64,000 nt of DNA. Source: Lobosporangium transversale. Taxonomy: Eukaryota. The stretch lies in contig NW_019028981.1 of assembly GCF_002105155.1 (NCBI RefSeq), positions 806,001 to 870,000 on the forward strand, read 5' to 3'. Every line of letters starts with the position of its first letter. Positions within the stretch are counted from its first letter, which is position 1. Below, piece by piece: positions 20,560 through 33,788 of this stretch. The notes beneath the pieces are model-generated. The model was given only the letters and a program-made list of their open reading frames with translations. It made no database searches and was not told the origin of the DNA. Position numbers and translations under genes: made by a program.

Positions 20560-21500
20560 GTGCGGCTTCATACAACGTCCTTGGTTTTCTCTAGAAAATC
20601 CGTCAGAGTCTGACTGCCTATATCTTTGGACATCCATATTCAGGATCTTAATGGAGAAGATACAAATCAAGACGTAAGTTCAATCTAGAACTTCACACTA
20701 TGGACATCCTTGGTTGAAATTTAAAAGCACAACTGATTTAGATATTCTACTTTGTTTTATCATAGTGGCGAGACAATGTTGGAGGCATCGAAGGTCATGA
20801 AGAAACTGCAGCAAATGGAGCATGGGGAGGTTACCGACGCTGGCAAGAGAGTTAATTGTATCTTCGTTGCTGGAGGAATAGAGATTTCTAATATCGAGTT
20901 TAAGCGACCGAATGTCAGTGGAGCGGAAGTGGCAATTCAAAATAGAAAGAATGTTCGACTGGCCAGATGCATCCAGGAAGGGCTTGCCTCGTTCGGCGTA
21001 AATGAGCCTGTGGTCTATATGGCTGATGTACATGTACAAGGTATAATAGAGGGCCAAATTGAATCACTGTCGCCTCATCTAGAGTATGGTGGATTAATAT
21101 ATTTTCATTTATTCGTTAGGTTTTACAGGGATTTTCTACCGCGTGCGTCCTATGGGGGACATTGCAGTCGCAGGCACAACAACCGAAGAGGTGGTAAACC
21201 TTCCTAGCACTGTTGGCGGACTTAGAGAGTTCTTGGAGGACTCATCTTTACCAATAATTTGGAGTTACATTGTACATCTTGATTATCATGTTGCTTTTAC
21301 GTCTGACCTTTTGTATCAATTACACTCACCATTTCTTATTCTTTGAAATATAGGCCAAGCTGGAGGCGCACGTACCAGCTCTCAAGATAATAAAAGAGCA
21401 AAATGAAGCTCGTCAAGCGAGGAGGGGCATGGCTAAGCACATTTTCCGCTCGTCCACCCCTCCACTAGTACAGGAGCCTACCTATTTTTTTCTTTCACTC
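20560..21500 (+). pseudogene. 5'-truncated PD-(D/E)xK-like nuclease gene, paralogue of 21756-24213
   Basis: Spliced exons give ENPSESDCLYLWTSIF, GETMLEASK, GKRVNCIFVAGGIEISNIEFKR, IQNRKNVRLARCIQE. The putative catalytic Asp is replaced by Asn. Confidence 0.6.
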
Positions 21501-21755
21501 GTGTGATGTTCTTAAGGGGTGGACTTGTATGCCTTGCAGCAATCTCTCCATCTGCTCAAGTCATTGACGTACGAGCGACAGATTCAAAGGACGAAAGAGC
21601 ATATTACAAATACCTTTGAAGTGTTAAAGGGTCATTATGATCTTTGAGATATTGTAATTTACGCTTATTTATTTATCGCATATAACCTCGAGTATCGAAG
21701 GTGCTTTATTCCTTCAGACAGTGGAGAGTGATATAAATCAAACGCAGTAGCGAAA

Positions 21756-24213
21756 TCATAGATCAAGGGGTGCGGTCTTTCTCCTTTGCTTCTTCTGAGG
21801 TGTGAATAGCACATGATCTTGGAATCTCCTCGCAGGCGGTGGAGGCGTAATGGAGCGGTTAACACGTCTGAAAGATGCCGCTTTCTCTTGCTCCACCTCA
21901 TTGAACTCTTTTGCCAGTTGGATTAGAGGCGCTTGAGTCTCAAGACTGGCCTATGGCGACAAAAATTAGCAAGCGTGAGCAATTACATTCGGATCTCAGC
22001 CTGAACAAACGGAAAATTGAAGTGAATGTGTAACCAATTACATACTATAAAATTCCAGAGGATCGCTAACGAGTTGCCTTGCAGAAATGCTTTCAAACCC
22101 CCAGCTGTCCGCGGTAAATGCACCAGATCAGATGTTGTCTTGCCTGCTATGGCAATATCTCCCAAGGGTCGTACTTGATAGAAAATACCGACAAAACCTA
22201 ATAGTAGAAAAGGTTATATGAGGTGTAAATTGAATGCTATAGAAAGTGAATAATTGACAAAATTCACATTTTCAACCTACCATGCACATCCGCCATGAAC
22301 ACAGAAGGGTCTTTCACTCCTAGAGAAGTATGAACTTCCTGAATGCATCGTGCCAAGCGTACATTTTTGCGATTCTGGATTGCAATGTCTCTTGCTCCAA
22401 CGTCTGTACGCTTAAACTCGATGTTGGATAGCTCTATCCCCTTGTACATGAAAACGCAATCCACCTTGCGACCAGTGTCGCTGATATCCCCATGCTCCTC
22501 CCATTGCATGTGACGCATTGTCTTTGAAGCTTTTAGCATTGTCTCGCCTCTATATTAGAAATAAAATAAAACGACCCACTTAGTACGATTCCTCAAACGT
22601 TATAACAAATGATATGACGAAAAACATACGTATGCAGAGAAACCTTGTCCATAATCACATCGAACACGGAGGTCCAAAGGTGTAAACAGTCGTTCTCCGA
22701 AGGTGATTCCGTGTCGAACGGCGGTCGTAACACGAACTTGCATCTAAATGACATGAATTTTCATTGGTTATTGGTAAGACTCGTGTGTCCCAGCCTTTTT
22801 TTATTCTAATAGCACACTTACAGTTTCGTGAGAATCTCCAACACTTTATCTCGCATGTCAGCCTCCGGCGGTAGGTCGTCGTGGTCCATGTAATTGCTGT
22901 GGAGAATTCCACGGTCCACGATCAGCTGTTTCAAAAGCCCCTTAACGCCATGTTTGGAAAGACGGTCCTCATACTCTTGAGCGATCGCGATCGATGGGTG
23001 GCTGTCGAATCCATCAATAACGCTTAGTGAAAACGCCTCCTCGAAAAGCTCTGGATGTTGTACTTTGTCGAAATAATCTTGTGTATTGGCACTCATTGTA
23101 TTAAGCACGCAGCTCATGGCCACCCTACGCAAGATAAATTAATTTCAAGTTAGAACGAAAGCGCAAGCTGAGTTTCGTTATGCAGATTAGCATACACATA
23201 CTGTGCATCTTTCAGTAGAGTGACATCATGAGCAGAGCCTTGCTCCTGATACCTCTTGAGAGAATCGACCGCATGCTCAAAGAGGTGGACGTGCGAAGGG
23301 CTCATGTTGGGCAAGGGCGACGGGAAAGTAACGTTGCTTTCGCCGTTGATCTACTTGTAAATAATCAGAATAAATATATATTACTATGTATGATGCATTC
23401 AATAAATAATAAATGACCAAACCAAACGAACTTACAAGTTTGGTCAGCGATACTACCAATGAATGCCAGGGCTCTTCTGTGATACAGGCCTCTCTCGCTC
23501 TCTTCCGTGTACTCTGGGCAGAGACTGATTCCGTTACAGGCGAAGAACTCGAAATCTCCTCAGGAACTATTTGAGCGTTGGGTAATTACGGCCTCTATTA
23601 ATATCAATTAAAAGTATAGAGCATTCCCACACTTGCAGCTAGGGTAGTACCTGACTCTTGAGTGCTAGCCTTTGTCGTCTCAGGTTCATCTATCGTACCT
23701 AAGAGATTTCCTTACGTCAGCATTGATGAAGTCGACCTTGCCGAAGAAACAAGACGTCCAAAGAACAACACCTACCTCCTCTCGCTATGTCTCAGATGAA
23801 ACAATGTGTAGTGTTAGAAACAATTTCAACGAGGCCAGGTTGGACAGAGGACAATATCATCAATAAAAATACCTTGTGAAACCTCTACATTGGTGAAGAA
23901 GGCGCGTGTTAATTTCTTATCAGATCTACAGAATACAAGAGTCATTGCAATAAGTACACTTACTTTCAGTATGTTGTTGGATTGACGTTCGTATCATCGA
24001 AACTGCTGATGCGTTTGAGCGGTCTAAGGTCCCCAAGACACAAATGTCATCGTATTCCTTTCGGCAACTTTCCATATCGAGTTGGTACAAAGATGCTGCC
24101 CGATCGCCACGCAGGCGCTCCCGACCGACGTAGCTTACAAAGCATGCGTAAAGCTTGTCGAAGTCGGAGTGGTCGTGCCGGTCAGTGATGGCAAATAGCC
24201 TAAACGATTTCAT
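21756..24213 (-). CDS. Multi-exon protein with a C-terminal PD-(D/E)xK-like nuclease domain
   Basis: ATG 24213 (MKSFRLFAIT..). Later exons give ESPSENDCLHLWTSVF, GETMLKASK, GRKVDCVFMYKGIELSNIEFKR, IQNRKNVRLARCIQE; stop at 21756. Confidence 0.7.
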
Positions 24214-24307
24214 TCTAAGAGTTTTGTCTCAAATAGAACATTAATAAATGTCAGTCAGCTGGCATACAGACAAATACTTGAAAAATAAAATAAATAAAGA
24301 AATATGA

Positions 24308-24672
24308 AGGCTCCCCTCCCCGCCGGCATCTATGAGGCATCAGATGAACGACATTGAGCATAACCAGTTGCGGAGGACTACTGGACAGTGGCTGAATGGC
24401 GACAATGGCTGAAAGAGCTCATCCGTATGAACGCACAGTTAAGAAATCACGTCCCACCCTCATAGACACGCTAGAAGCAGTAATCGTGAACATGACAAAA
24501 GGCTCCCCTCCCCGCCGGCATCAATGAGGCATCAGATGAACGACATTGAGCATAACCAGTTGCGGAGGACTACTGGACAGTGGCTGAATGGCGACAATGG
24601 CTGAAAGAGCTCATCCGTATGAACGCGTAGACAAGAAATCTTCACGTCCCACCCTCATAGACACGCTAGGAG
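24308..24672. repeat. Tandem duplication of a ~190-bp non-coding unit
   Basis: AAGGCTCCCCTCCCCGCCGGCATC..CATAGACACGCTAG occurs at about 24308 and 24499; a single inverted copy lies at about 38262-38435. Confidence 0.9.
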
Positions 24673-25514
24673 CAACTGTGAAACGCAATAAAAGTCTTGC
24701 CATATGACCTTGATGACCAAGTAAATGAGATACAAGTAAAGCAATAGATGCAAGTAAACAGTAAAGCAACGAGTCCCCTTAGATTTTAGAGGAAAGGAAA
24801 TAAATATTCAGTCCGGAACTTAAAATTTCTTATTTCCGATATGCATCACATGACAATAAAATATTTTTGAGCGTATTTCGTGAAGTGTTTTTTTAAAAAT
24901 AATGATAAAATAAAAAGGCCCCAGACAGCTCCCAGTGAGGGCTTCCTTGGGCCTCATAAATGGCTCAGCCCCACTGGAAATACCAAGGTGATAGCCTCAC
25001 AGAAGTCACATGGGGGGGACCAACAGAACTAGTCAAAGAAAATCGAGGACGGCAGAAGACGGCAAAAAGACGGCAATTTACTGTGCCTGAAAATTATGTG
25101 TCAGGAATTATTTTCGTTTCTTCAGGGGACAGTGCGTTTCTGTAAACTCCTGCCTTTTTGGGGAGGAAAATGCTTTGGTTTTGTTATAATTTCCATAAAA
25201 GGGAACAGAAAGTTGGTAAACGCACTTACCAGTTTTTTATTTTCGCTTGTCAAAAGCGCGTCCAACCAATGCTTATAGATGAAGTATGATTTTTATTTTC
25301 TTATATGCCACTGCAGTCCATTGCATTCTCTTTATTCTGTCCATCCTTTCATCCGCCTACATTTTCCTCTTCTTGTTGCGTCGAGATCCCAAAGCCATTC
25401 TGCTTTAGCCGTAGCATTCAGCAATCGACTTCTCATTTCTCTGACTTTTGTCATTTCGCAGAGTTAATCTTAGAGAAGTCGATTTTTTATTTTTATTTTT
25501 TTCAAAAAGCAAAA

Positions 25515-27088
25515 ATGGAAAAGGAATTTGGATTCTTTTCAAAGGAACGGATGCTGCCAGGGTCAAGTCTAGGATCAGCCACGGTGTCTACAATGGCGTC
25601 TTCCAATGTCCTCACAGCTGCACCGTCCTTAGATGTAGAAATACCACCGCTACCGCTTTCCCCATCACTTAAGCGTTCCAGAGGACGTCCTAAGAACGCA
25701 TCGCAAGCACCACAACAGCAACTTATAAAGTCAAGAAGTCAGCTACATCCGCGTCCGTATCAATCATTGCCCGCCGAACCCGCGGTCAGGCTAGATCAAT
25801 CGCTTGATAGGTCGATACCTTTGCAATATGTTTCCGAGTATCAGAGTCAGGACCCCCCGGATGCTGAGGAACGATTCGTTGATGACATGAATGACTGCTC
25901 AGGGATTAAACCAAAAACGCTTGCCTCATATCAGCCCACCTATCGTCTGTGGAAGGTATGTAACGGATAAAATTTAACAAGGTATTCGTATTTTCCTCTA
26001 ATGCTATCAACTAGCCAGAGGGTCTATAATATTAACAACTCCATCTAATAAATCATTCTTGACATGGGCCCTTAATGTGCTAAACAGGCATTTTGTGAGA
26101 AATATCGCGAACGGTATGCAGATAAAGATGGTCGTGCCCTATATCTGGTGGACTCACAGGATAAAGTCGTTTGTTTTTTTCGAGAAGTCATCCTCAAGAA
26201 GACTATACTCAAGCGCACTAAACCAGGAGCAGATTTCCGTACGCACCTTGCCGCTGAGGAGGATTCTTCGGCTATACACGGGGCTAGCCTAGTCGAAAGT
26301 ATGTCGAGCAACTGTGTATTATTTAAGGTGCCGCGTATATGACGACATAGCAATGTCGACATTCTGTTAGTATTATATCGTTTTTATCGAAACTTCCTCT
26401 CTCCCCATATTCTCCTCGCCGTTGGCCTTTGGCATAGTAATAGAAGCTGCTCCAGTCGATAAAACTGGTAAAAAAACCGTATCGGTATCACTCGGTACTG
26501 AGACTATAAAGATGGCTAAAAAGGCCCTGATTCGAATCCATTCACTACAGGCCGAGCGAAACGATGTGAGTTGGGATCTTTCGCCATCTCAAATGAAGCT
26601 ACTCCAAACCATCCTTATCCAGCATATAGAGAGTCTTCACACTCATGTCGTTCGATCGGGTGGCAGGCGTGAAGCAGGCTGTACACTTCGAGATTCTTAC
26701 ACCCCCGTGCAGTTCCACAGTATATTGATGGGACTTTGGACGAAGGAAAGACATTCGCCAAACATGCGAGCGCGTGAGTATGATACTAATTATCGGGACA
26801 TGTTCTGTCTAACTGCACGGCATAATATGCTGCTTCGGGATGAGGATCTTCGAAACTTAAACTTTGCGGATTGCTTCAGCACCATCATTACACAAAGAAC
26901 TGAAGGAGGACAACAACCAATTGGGCTCACCTTCAAAATTAACAAGGGTAAGACCAACAAGAATAATGAAAACTGGTATGCGTGTGCATTGCGACATGAA
27001 GATGTACGTAGATGCGTCTTTAGTGCTTTTGCCTTTTACATGTATCAACTTTGGCAAGTAAGTTCTCAATTTCAACTTTATCATGCTG

Positions 27089-27120
<32 letters not shown>

Positions 27121-28509
27121 CTAATTTCATTTTTTTCTTTATTGTGTTGTAGTAATGATGAATGGATTATATTAACATTCTTTTCTTGTTCTACTTTCTA
27201 TTATCCTAATATCATCTTTCATCACAAGGGCTCGGATCACGAAAAATCCAAGAGCCTTCAAATTAAAGACGTCGTAAAGTCAATTAACAGTTCTGACTTC
27301 GTCCAACTCAAGGTCATTCCGGGCAATAAAGAGAGGACAAAAAGTCTCGCCTCTCAATCAACTTATCGTACTGTGGAAGCCCTTTATGATCAGCACAATG
27401 TCAACAGTCCTAGGAAAACTCATGGGGGCCGTCATGCTGGCACTATCGAAGCCCATAGGCTAGGTATAAGTCAGGATGATATTAAAGCAGGCGGGCGGTG
27501 GACCGCAAAACGAGGCCGCATGGAAAGCTTTTATTTGCCATGCTTGCCTTCGAGGTTTGCTCTTGGGATGGCAGGGTTCTATTCTAAGTCATTCTTCCTC
27601 CTTCGAAACTCTATCAGGCCATCGAATGCCTTGCAATTGCTAGTTTTTCCTTGGATTGAAGATATCTTTGGGAAAAATAACAAATGGTGGAGAGATGAAT
27701 GTTTGAAGGAAATGGACGAAGTGGATCCAAATAGTCTGCCCAATATTCGTGCAGTGCTTGGATCAACAGTTGCAGTTGAAGCCACACAAGTAGCTAACTC
27801 CTCATCAAAGAAAAATATTTATTCTGAAAATGAGATTTCCACTTGCGGGTTTCTGAGGCTGCTTGTGCGATGCCGGCGAATCATACTTCAAGATGCTGCG
27901 TTTCGATTACACTATAGTCACCATAGCAGAATTTTGGAAGATGACATCTTCAAGTCCCCTTTGTTCTTGGAGTTCCAGAAAGAGATGAGCTACGTTGTAG
28001 AACATCCTGAGCCTAATATTGTGCAAAAGTATAATGCGATAATTCCTGAGATCGCAGAAGGATTCAAGGACATTTCGAGGCTCTCACAGATGCACTATCA
28101 ACTCTTGCAGCAGCAGTTAAAACAACAACAACAGCAACAACAACAGCTTCAGCTCGAGCTGCGTCAGCTAAAAGAGCAATTAAATGGACAACAGCAACAA
28201 CACCAACTTGAGCTGTGTCAACAACAGCAGCAGTACTTCAAATATATACAGCTGCAGCAGAGTCGGATGCAGAACTGGATGAATCATTCTTCATCAACTA
28301 CTGCTCCTTCTTCACCACTACTTCCTCTAGCTTCGTCTTCTACTTCAATAATGGGGTCCAGCCTACCAGAGACATCGTTATCCACATTTTCGACCCATCA
28401 ATCTCCGCAGTTGATGATCCAGCCGCCAGCAAAGTCGGAAGCATCGGCAAAGAAAAAAAGAAAAAGAGACATATGGATCCCCTATGCACCACAGAAATTG
28501 AAAAAGTGA
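25515..28509 (+). CDS. Crypton/Ndc10-like tyrosine recombinase 1 (4 predicted exons), with an AT-hook-like motif and poly-Q tail
   Basis: RHNMLLRDEDLRNL (R), GKTN (K), KTHGGRHAG (HxxR), GGRW, MESFYLP (Y), LQLLVFPWIE, RRIILQDAA; KRSRGRPK near the N-terminus. Start codon uncertain (25515 or 25551). Confidence 0.85.
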
Positions 28510-28996
28510 TTAAATCAAAGCTGAAATACACTAACGCGCGCAAAGCTTAGTGAATGGTTTTTTATTTTTACTTTAACATCCCAAGGAGGACTTGCCGCAT
28601 CGTCATGGATGTCGGTTGCATGATATCCTTTGATCTTGGTAGAAGAACTGCTGGCTTGGGAGAATGTGATCGACTTTGTGCAGTAAGATAAATTCATTAA
28701 AAAGTATAATGTAGTCAAAACAAATGGCAAAACGATCAATTACCAAATGAGAATATGAAGAAATTTAAATAGAGTTCTGTGCTAGTTGTATATTTTGAAA
28801 AAAAAAAAAAAAAAAAAAAAACGCGTAAATTCAAATTAGTCTGCTTCATTTCTAACTCTTTGTCTTCCTTCTCTCTGAGATAGATAAAATTAGCCGTCCT
28901 TTCCACAATGGTATTTATAAATATCACGGACATGCTAGCTATTTCGATTAGTTCATTAGCCTATAATTATTTATTTTTCTTAATGCAAGTTATAGG

Positions 28997-31592
28997 TCCT
29001 CACTACTGATACCTTAGTTGCCTCGAGTAACGGTGAGGATGCAACTGAAGAGGTCTTTGAGCCAGGCTTCGAATTCTACGATCACGATGAAGCTACCGAC
29101 TTTGATACGGCTCCTGAAGAGCACGACTGTGATGATGGTGAAGACTATTCTTCAGATGTGTCAGATTCCGAGCCAGAAATAGTGTGGGGGCCAGTTGAAC
29201 CATCCGGTGAAGCCAACACCTCTGGGAATGATCTCGCAACAGAATCTTTCGTTGAGGCGCCATCTGAAAATAACGTAGAAGAAGTAGAGGATATATCGAG
29301 GTTGAGTCAAGATAAGGAGGCTCGTGCAATCAGTCTGGCTTCCACAATTGTGTCTACGCAGCTACAAGAATACTCTTGGATTGAGTTGATGGTCCCAGAG
29401 ACTAAGATTAGGGATATTGTTGATGGCCTCAGGATTAAGAAACAGGATTACGATTATTTGCCGCGCGTATTCTATGTGGACAAAAGAGACTTTGAACTGT
29501 GGAAGGACCGAGATGGCAGCGATTACTTTTTTATTTGGAATAAAGGCAACTCTGAGATAAATGGTAGAAATGAAGACAATGAAGACTCTGAAATCACCAA
29601 CGATAATGATAGCAAAGGCAAATTGCGTTCATTTCAACTTTATTTCTGCCACTGTGCAGGCGCCCCACGCAAAAAAAAGATTGCTGACCAAGATCAACTA
29701 CTTGAGAGGCCAGCCAAGAAAACTCGCAATGTTTATAAACCGACCAAGAAAGTAGGCTGTAAAGCCAGACTAATTGTTCATGACGTAAAACCCAATATAG
29801 AAGAGTTCACAAGTAGAGGAGAAAGGAACCAGCTGCGTGTGATATATTACTACAAGCACACTGGGCATACTCTTGCTAGTCTCGAGAACTTTCAACATCT
29901 CAGAGTGACAGAAGAAACAAAATCGCGAATTCGAAACCTTGTCCGTTTAGGTCTCTGTACAAGAAAGATTCTGACAAGGATAAACCTGTCTGGCAGCCAG
30001 GCATTCTCGCGACACCAAAGAGGGTCTTTGCAGCGTGACCATGTCCTGAAGTATGAAGATGTGTATAATATTTATTATAAATATTCAAGTGGGCAGAGTC
30101 AGCTTGAAAAGAATGACTTAGTCTCGAAGAGGCTCTGGATGGACAAACTAAAGGACAAGGGCTTCACTGTATCCATGCTCGACTACCACATCGTAATAGA
30201 CGGAGTGAATCATGCAAGGTTTGCATATGGGTTTATGTCGCCGTTCCAGAAATCAGTTTATGGATCCAATTTTAAACACATTGGGCTAGATTTAACGCAT
30301 GGAACAAACCGCTCTAAACACGAGCTTTACACCATAATTGTGCGGAACCCACAAAGTCTGAGTGCTATCCCAGTTGCCTTCTTGCTTACGAACGATCATA
30401 GCCATGTACCGTTGGCAAAATGCTTGAAACATATCAGAGAAACCATTGGCTCTCCTGAATACATCACCACTGATGATGCTCGAGCAGAATACAAAGCAAT
30501 CCGATTGGCGTTTGGAGACTCAGTCACAGTTCATTTATGTCTATGGCATGTTATGAAAGCTTGGAGCACCAAGCTTCGAAATGATATCCGTGCAACGCAA
30601 GACAAGGCTGCTAAGGAGTTGAGGGAGGAAGCGATGGGAGAGCTCCGTAGAATTTTGTTTAATCCAAACCATACGCAAGCTGAGACTCTTATTTCAGAAT
30701 TCGAGTTGAAATGGCAGGATCATAATGAGGGCAAAGTCTGGAATTATTTTAGAGAACGCTACCTCAGTAAAGACCGAAGGAGAAGGTGGATGAAATGTTA
30801 TCGTATGGGAAAGTTATATGCCGGGATGGATACTAACAATTACGTCGAGTCCTGGCATAACCACCTTAAGTCGCACTTCTTACGAGGTTATACAAACTGC
30901 AGGGAAGATAGATTGGTTTATATCTTAACTCATGATGTAGATGAGTTTTACCAAATGATGGCAATGCAGACTGTGCGACGCTATGGGCGACATTTAAAAG
31001 GCGAGAGAGATGACTTTCACCAAAGAAAATTTCTAGATGGTCTAGAAGACCTTCCACAGCGCATTGTTCACGAGCAGCAAGTGGGAGACCGAACCGTTTA
31101 CTGTGTGCGCTCGTTCTCCATATCTGGCGGATATTATTTCGTGCTTGGCATGAATGAAACTATCTCAAGATGTAACTGTCAGTACTTTATGTATTCTCAG
31201 CGCCCCTGCAGACATATGTATCTTTTGATCAAGTTCATAAGGATAACCCAGACCCACCACTCCACATCATACATGATGTCCTTGAGAGGGCCCCTGATAG
31301 ACATGCTATGATCCAGAGTTTTCAAGATGGCCTGGAAGGGGATGTTAACCCCAGCATGAGTGATACTCTGTTGGAGGTAGAGGATGCTGAAGCAGAGGAG
31401 GTTGCTGAGGCGGAGAGGATTGCTGATGTGGTTACTGAATCTTCGGAGATACTCAAAAAGAGTCTCCATGATTCAGATAGCATTGTGAGAAGTTCCGACG
31501 CAGCAAGGGAGTTAAGTGATATAGTTGAACGGTTTTGTTCTTTACAAACAACGATAAATACATCTGGGAACCAAAAACGGCAGCGCCAATAA
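28997..31592 (+). CDS. Mutator-like (MULE) DDE transposase with SWIM zinc finger; frameshift near 31240
   Basis: YFCHCAG..KVGCKARL..HTGH zinc-binding domain; GLDLTHGTN (D), ITTDD (D), HLCLWH (CxxH), TNNYVESWHNHLK (E); CNCQYF..CRH SWIM. The tail ending SGNQKRQRQ is in another frame. First exon not resolved. Confidence 0.88.
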
Positions 31593-32544
31593 AATAAAAA
31601 ATATTTACATGTATATATATATTTGATCAAAAAACTATTCAATCCAATTCAATCAAAGAGAGCACAATTGAAATAGCCAATCAGAAATCAGCCTTTTTTT
31701 TTTTTTACAGTACGATGAAAAAAGAAATCCATTCTCTGTTGATATAGAGTATCTACAAAAACTGAAAACCATATATTTTGTAGGTAAGATCCATTGGTAC
31801 GATTTAAAAAAAAGTTGGTAAGATTCGGTTAAGTTTTCAGTAAGATACCTCTATTCAAAGAACTTGTACATTGAAAATAATCAAGATTACGTACATCTTC
31901 TTTCGTTCAAAAGTAATATTACTCTGTCATTAATGGCGATACACATTGCAAAATATAGATTCTGGTACCCAAAAGCTATATCTATAAGCCATGTATATGC
32001 ACTTCAAGGAACTAGCAATGCGGTTGTCAAGAAAATAGCCATTGAATTCTCTAAATAGAGTAATTTCTGGAATTTATAGTCTCTCATCCATCTTTAAACA
32101 GTAAGGATGGTTATTTTTGTAAACTAAGTCGCTGTAAAAATATCACAGTTGGATTCAGCATTGACATGTCCTTTTAACCTGAAAATATGGTGAAGTTTGA
32201 AGGTTTTATCATGGAGCTCTGCTTTTTTTACTAATTTCAACGAAACATTTTTTTTAAACAAGTGTCTACCAAGCTACACTTGGTTCCAAAGTCGGTTTTT
32301 GTGTCACTACGGATACTCAATTTCTTCAGAAACTTCAATTACTGCCCTAGATCGCTTTATATTAGTGTCTTTTGACATTATCCAAAGTTCAGTTTGGGTT
32401 GAGGTTCATTTGAATGATTTTTATATATGAGAACTGGTTTTCCCATACGATTATGGACTTAAAGACAGGTTAGAGTGAATTTCCATATATATTTTGTCTC
32501 ACATGACCCACATGACTTGTATGGAAATAACTTATTTTTGGGTG

Positions 32545-33216
32545 AATCTATTTGACAACCCGGGTTGTCACTCTTATTTGACAACCCCCCCCTTAATTAT
32601 TTTTCTCAATTTTTTTTCTTTGCGTGACAACCCCAAGCTCACTGTTATTTGACAACTGGCAAGATTATTATGTGAAAATCGTTTCTATTGCTATCCCTCA
32701 GCAACACGAAATCCCTCCAGCAATCTAAAAACTTCCATCAAATAACAAACTTTTTTTTTTGGTTACGAGGTGTTGTTTTTTATTACAACTGATTTCTAAA
32801 ACAAGGGTTTGCTTTATAGAAAATGTGCCTATACGGGTAACATGCACTAAGGGGTTTTTGGATATATAAGCATACATAAATTCGGAGTGGTTATGCGACG
32901 CTTGATGGCGCATGCGTAAGACGCGGAAAGGAAAAAAAGAGAGACAGAAGAAGCTATAACCACAGTCATGATAACGGAGTGTTGCCACCATTTTAGAAAT
33001 CCAGCTGAGAAAGGCCCTCCATAAGTGCAAGAGGGTGAAGACTTGTCATGTGACAGGTTGAAAAAGACAATTTTTCTTCTTTTTTTGACAACCCGGGTTG
33101 TCAAATAACAAAAAAGAGAAAATTGAAGACCTGGGTTGCCAAATAAGCCGGTGTGACTGCTAAATTAGGGGGGGGGTTGTCAAATAAGAGTGACAACCCG
33201 GGTTGTCAAATAGATT
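32545..33216. mobile_element. Non-autonomous TIR element (MITE-like, ~670 bp)
   Basis: ~48-bp TIR AATCTATTTGACAACCCGGGTTGTCACTCTTATTTGACAACCCCCCCC; GTG on both flanks. Confidence 0.8.
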
Positions 33217-33788
33217 GTGAAACGAAATTGCTCACCTGTGTCCATTCAGATGGACACAGGCGGACACAGGTGGACACAGAAGGATACCAAGTCACAAAAT
33301 TTTTATATTTCGCTTCACAAATCTTTTTCCACAAAATGGATTTGTGAAGCGAAATAGACAAAATCTTTTTATGGTAGAGACAGTGTTAATGATTAAACAT
33401 GACAGTTTTTATATTGATGAAGTATTCAATTATTTCTGTTATAGTGCGTTGGTAGCCGAGTCGAGTCAAAAATGCTTTGATAGTGCTTTGATGGTGTTTT
33501 GTCTTGTTAATAATGTTGACGATAATGCTTTTTCCTGGATGATACTTATGCTAAACACCTTGGAATATCACAAATTTCACGACAATGGATTGCTTGTACA
33601 TTGTATTTTCTCAGCCTCTTTTGGCTCAAGGATGCAGCCAACAGTTTTCTGCTTCTTGTAGCTCAGTTCATGTCTTGGTATTTCCGACACCATCACTACT
33701 TTGTGCTTTATTGCTTAAATTTGTATCCGAGGATATATATATATGTATATATAAAAAAAAAAAGAAAAAAAAAATTACCCTTACTCAT

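Noticed and set aside
24308..24672. Hammerhead or HDV-like ribozyme in the 190-bp or 165-bp repeats
   Set aside because: No complete CUGANGA/GAAA core or nested double pseudoknot could be built by eye.
27058..27228. Poly-F hydrophobic (transmembrane-like) segment in YR1, mirrored near 17.4 kb
   Set aside because: A stop-free 171-nt intron with a GTAAGT donor and poly-T tract; YR2 has an intron at the equivalent position.
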